The notes beneath the pieces were generated by a model. The model had not been told where the DNA came from and searched no databases. It saw nothing but the letters and a program-made list of their open reading frames with translations. A DNA stretch of 27,871 nucleotides from a virus (lineage: Duplodnaviria; Caudoviricetes), in IMG/VR virus record IMGVR_UViG_3300025167_000050, positions 1-27,871 of that record; one strand, 5' to 3'. Positions 26,411-27,871 of this stretch are shown piece by piece; within the stretch, counting starts at the first letter, position 1; the number at the start of each line of letters is the position of its first letter. A program made the translations under genes and the position numbers.

Positions 26411-27085
26411 TTATCTCCTGATGGGTTGCGACAGTTCACAATAAACATCCACCCCGGGCACGCACGCTGCCTCTTTCATTGAGCGAACGTACGCACCGAG
26501 TTTTTTTTCGTCTGGAGTGCAGAACTGTCTTGGGACAAGATTCTCGTCAAGGATGCGAAATTTCCACAGCTTCATGTAGGAGACGCCATCCGGCTTGGGC
26601 GCCTCCTTCGGCATAACGATCGGCGGCGGCGTGACCGGGCGCTCCAGTATCTCCGCGGCGCCCTCCCTGTCGCCCATGCGCTCCGCTTCCACGGCCATCG
26701 CCAGCCGCCGATCCTCTTCCTCTTTGCGAGCTGCCTCAAGCGCCTCGCGCCGTTTCCGTTCCGCAATGCGGTTCTGTTCCGCCTGGTATTCAGACATCTT
26801 CCGACCGATGATCTCGCACGGCTCTTCATACATGCGCACGACCGTATCCCGCGTTTTCACGGCGGCCTTATGCGCAGCAGCCGCAGCTTTGCACTGCGGA
26901 TCCAAATACTCGAACGCTTGATCTCTTCGCCGCTTGAACTGCACATGCAGTTCGGCAGCAGCCAGATAATTTTCCTGGTTGGCGATGATGAGTGCCCTCG
27001 CCCGCTGAACCGCGAGGCTCACTTCGCGTTCGTCGCCTCGTGGATCGAATGGCATGGTTATGCTGGTGCCCGCTGTCGTAGTCAT
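26411..27085 (-). CDS. coiled-coil phage protein of recombination module
   Basis: Long coiled coil then GVSYMKLWKFRILDENLVPRQFCTPDEKKL..VPGVDVY C-terminal motif. Confidence 0.75.
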   Translation of the reverse strand: MTTTAGTSITMPFDPRGDEREVSLAVQRARALIIANQENYLAAAELHVQFKRRRDQAFEYLDPQCKAAAAAHKAAVKTRDTVVRMYEEPCEIIGRKMSEYQAEQNRIAERKRREALEAARKEEEDRRLAMAVEAERMGDREGAAEILERPVTPPPIVMPKEAPKPDGVSYMKLWKFRILDENLVPRQFCTPDEKKLGAYVRSMKEAACVPGVDVYCELSQPIRR

Positions 27086-27684
27086 TCCGGAATTTCTCCT
27101 TCCTTTTGTTCGATGAGGAAATCGTATTCGTCCCGTGCCACACGGTTCAAATTCTCAAGCTTCATCCGTGCGACACGAAGACAGGATATGAAATCCACAT
27201 CCGCTTGATACCTGCTGAACTTGTCCGCCATGCGGAAATCACCGTTCGGTAAAAGGTAGACGATCTCGTAAACCGTTAATGGATCCTTGCCCCCCAGGTT
27301 CGCAACCAGTCGTGAATATCCCGCCGCTTGCAGCCGGTGCCACGGCTGCTGCGTCCCGGTTTTGCGTTCTATCAGGAATCTTCGCACGTGGTCCGGCGGT
27401 GGGCCTTCAAATACGACATCGGGGGTGCCGAACACCTTCAGCTTGTCATCCCGGAATTGGTGCTCGATGTAGATGGGTTTGTATCCGGGGAATGCTTCTC
27501 TCCATTTCTTCCAGGCTTTCACTTCCGGCGTTTGCAAAAACGGCTCTTCCCCTCGGTCTACCGCTGCACAAGCCTGGTGTACCGCAGTGCCCCGTTCCGC
27601 TGCTGCATCGTTGAAATAGCGATCGTCGATGACGCCCGCGATCCGCAGGACTTCGGTTACAGAAAGCCAGCCGTTAGGGTCCAT
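27082..27684 (-). CDS. PD-(D/E)XK exonuclease
   Basis: SVTEVL, RGTAVH, IEHQF, GTPD, IERKTG, LQAAGY motifs; upstream of recT. Confidence 0.88.
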   Translation of the reverse strand: MDPNGWLSVTEVLRIAGVIDDRYFNDAAAERGTAVHQACAAVDRGEEPFLQTPEVKAWKKWREAFPGYKPIYIEHQFRDDKLKVFGTPDVVFEGPPPDHVRRFLIERKTGTQQPWHRLQAAGYSRLVANLGGKDPLTVYEIVYLLPNGDFRMADKFSRYQADVDFISCLRVARMKLENLNRVARDEYDFLIEQKEGEIPE

Positions 27685-27871
27685 GTTGATTCCGTACCCC
27701 CTCAGCCCACTCCCTCGTAGAGCCGCGGGAGCTGCACATGTTGTACGCAGCCGAAGGCGGATCGCCGGTGGCGGCCCGCTCGATAACCCCCTCAGCCCAC
27801 TCCCTCGTAGAGCCGCAGTATTTGCACATCAGGTACGCAACAAAAGCCGGATCGCCGGTGGCGGCCCGCTC
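27674..27871 (-). CDS. 3' end of a 30-aa tandem-repeat protein (truncated by window)
   Basis: Open frame ERAATGDPAFVAYLMCKYCGSTREWAEGVI ERAATGDPPSAAYNMCSSRGSTREWAEGVR NQHGP*; stop overlaps the exonuclease gene start. Confidence 0.7.
   Translation of the reverse strand, partial: ERAATGDPAFVAYLMCKYCGSTREWAEGVIERAATGDPPSAAYNMCSSRGSTREWAEGVRNQHGP
27692..27871. repeat. 90-bp tandem repeat, 2 units visible
   Basis: Units 27782-27871 and 27692-27781 share identical flanking blocks with a variable core. Confidence 0.95.

Noticed and set aside
27082-27684. Cas4
   Set aside because: No four-Cys Fe-S ligand set; context is a RecT recombination module
27692-27871. CRISPR array (constant blocks alternating with variable blocks)
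   Set aside because: The variable parts are homologous to each other, the unit is exactly 90 bp and it reads as an open protein frame; no cas genes
27692-27871. DGR template/variable repeat pair
   Set aside because: Differences are not confined to adenines of either unit and no reverse transcriptase is present in the window

Overview
A 27.9-kb piece of a tailed dsDNA phage or prophage with two convergent blocks. The + strand (218-22254) is a virion operon. It carries small and large terminase and a Mu-like head module (DUF935/gp29-type portal, gpI-type protease/scaffold, decoration protein, gpT-type capsid, gp36-type adaptor), which is interrupted by a glycosyltransferase-methyltransferase-HTH cassette. 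A non-contractile tail module follows (two tail-tube paralogs, frameshifted chaperone, short tape measure, Cys-rich and beta-strand-repeat tip proteins, fibre), then a holin-like gene. The - strand (27871-22288) is an early/recombination block: 30-aa repeat protein, PD-(D/E)XK exonuclease, RecT, DnaA-C-like HTH, VRR-NUC nuclease, Zn fingers, two lipoproteins, small peptides and an initiator-type tRNA-Met(CAT). The most notable observations are: a ~155-nt structured element closed by a perfect 14-bp stem behind a TATAAT box (6S-like architecture); three late genes that appear to start at ATA/ATT, plus a near-leaderless head transcript, in a phage with its own initiator tRNA; a repeat protein with invariant DNA framework and variable positions; and hairpin-flanked hydrophobic and acidic micropeptides missed by the ORF track. 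All family assignments were made by eye from motifs and gene order; no searches were run.
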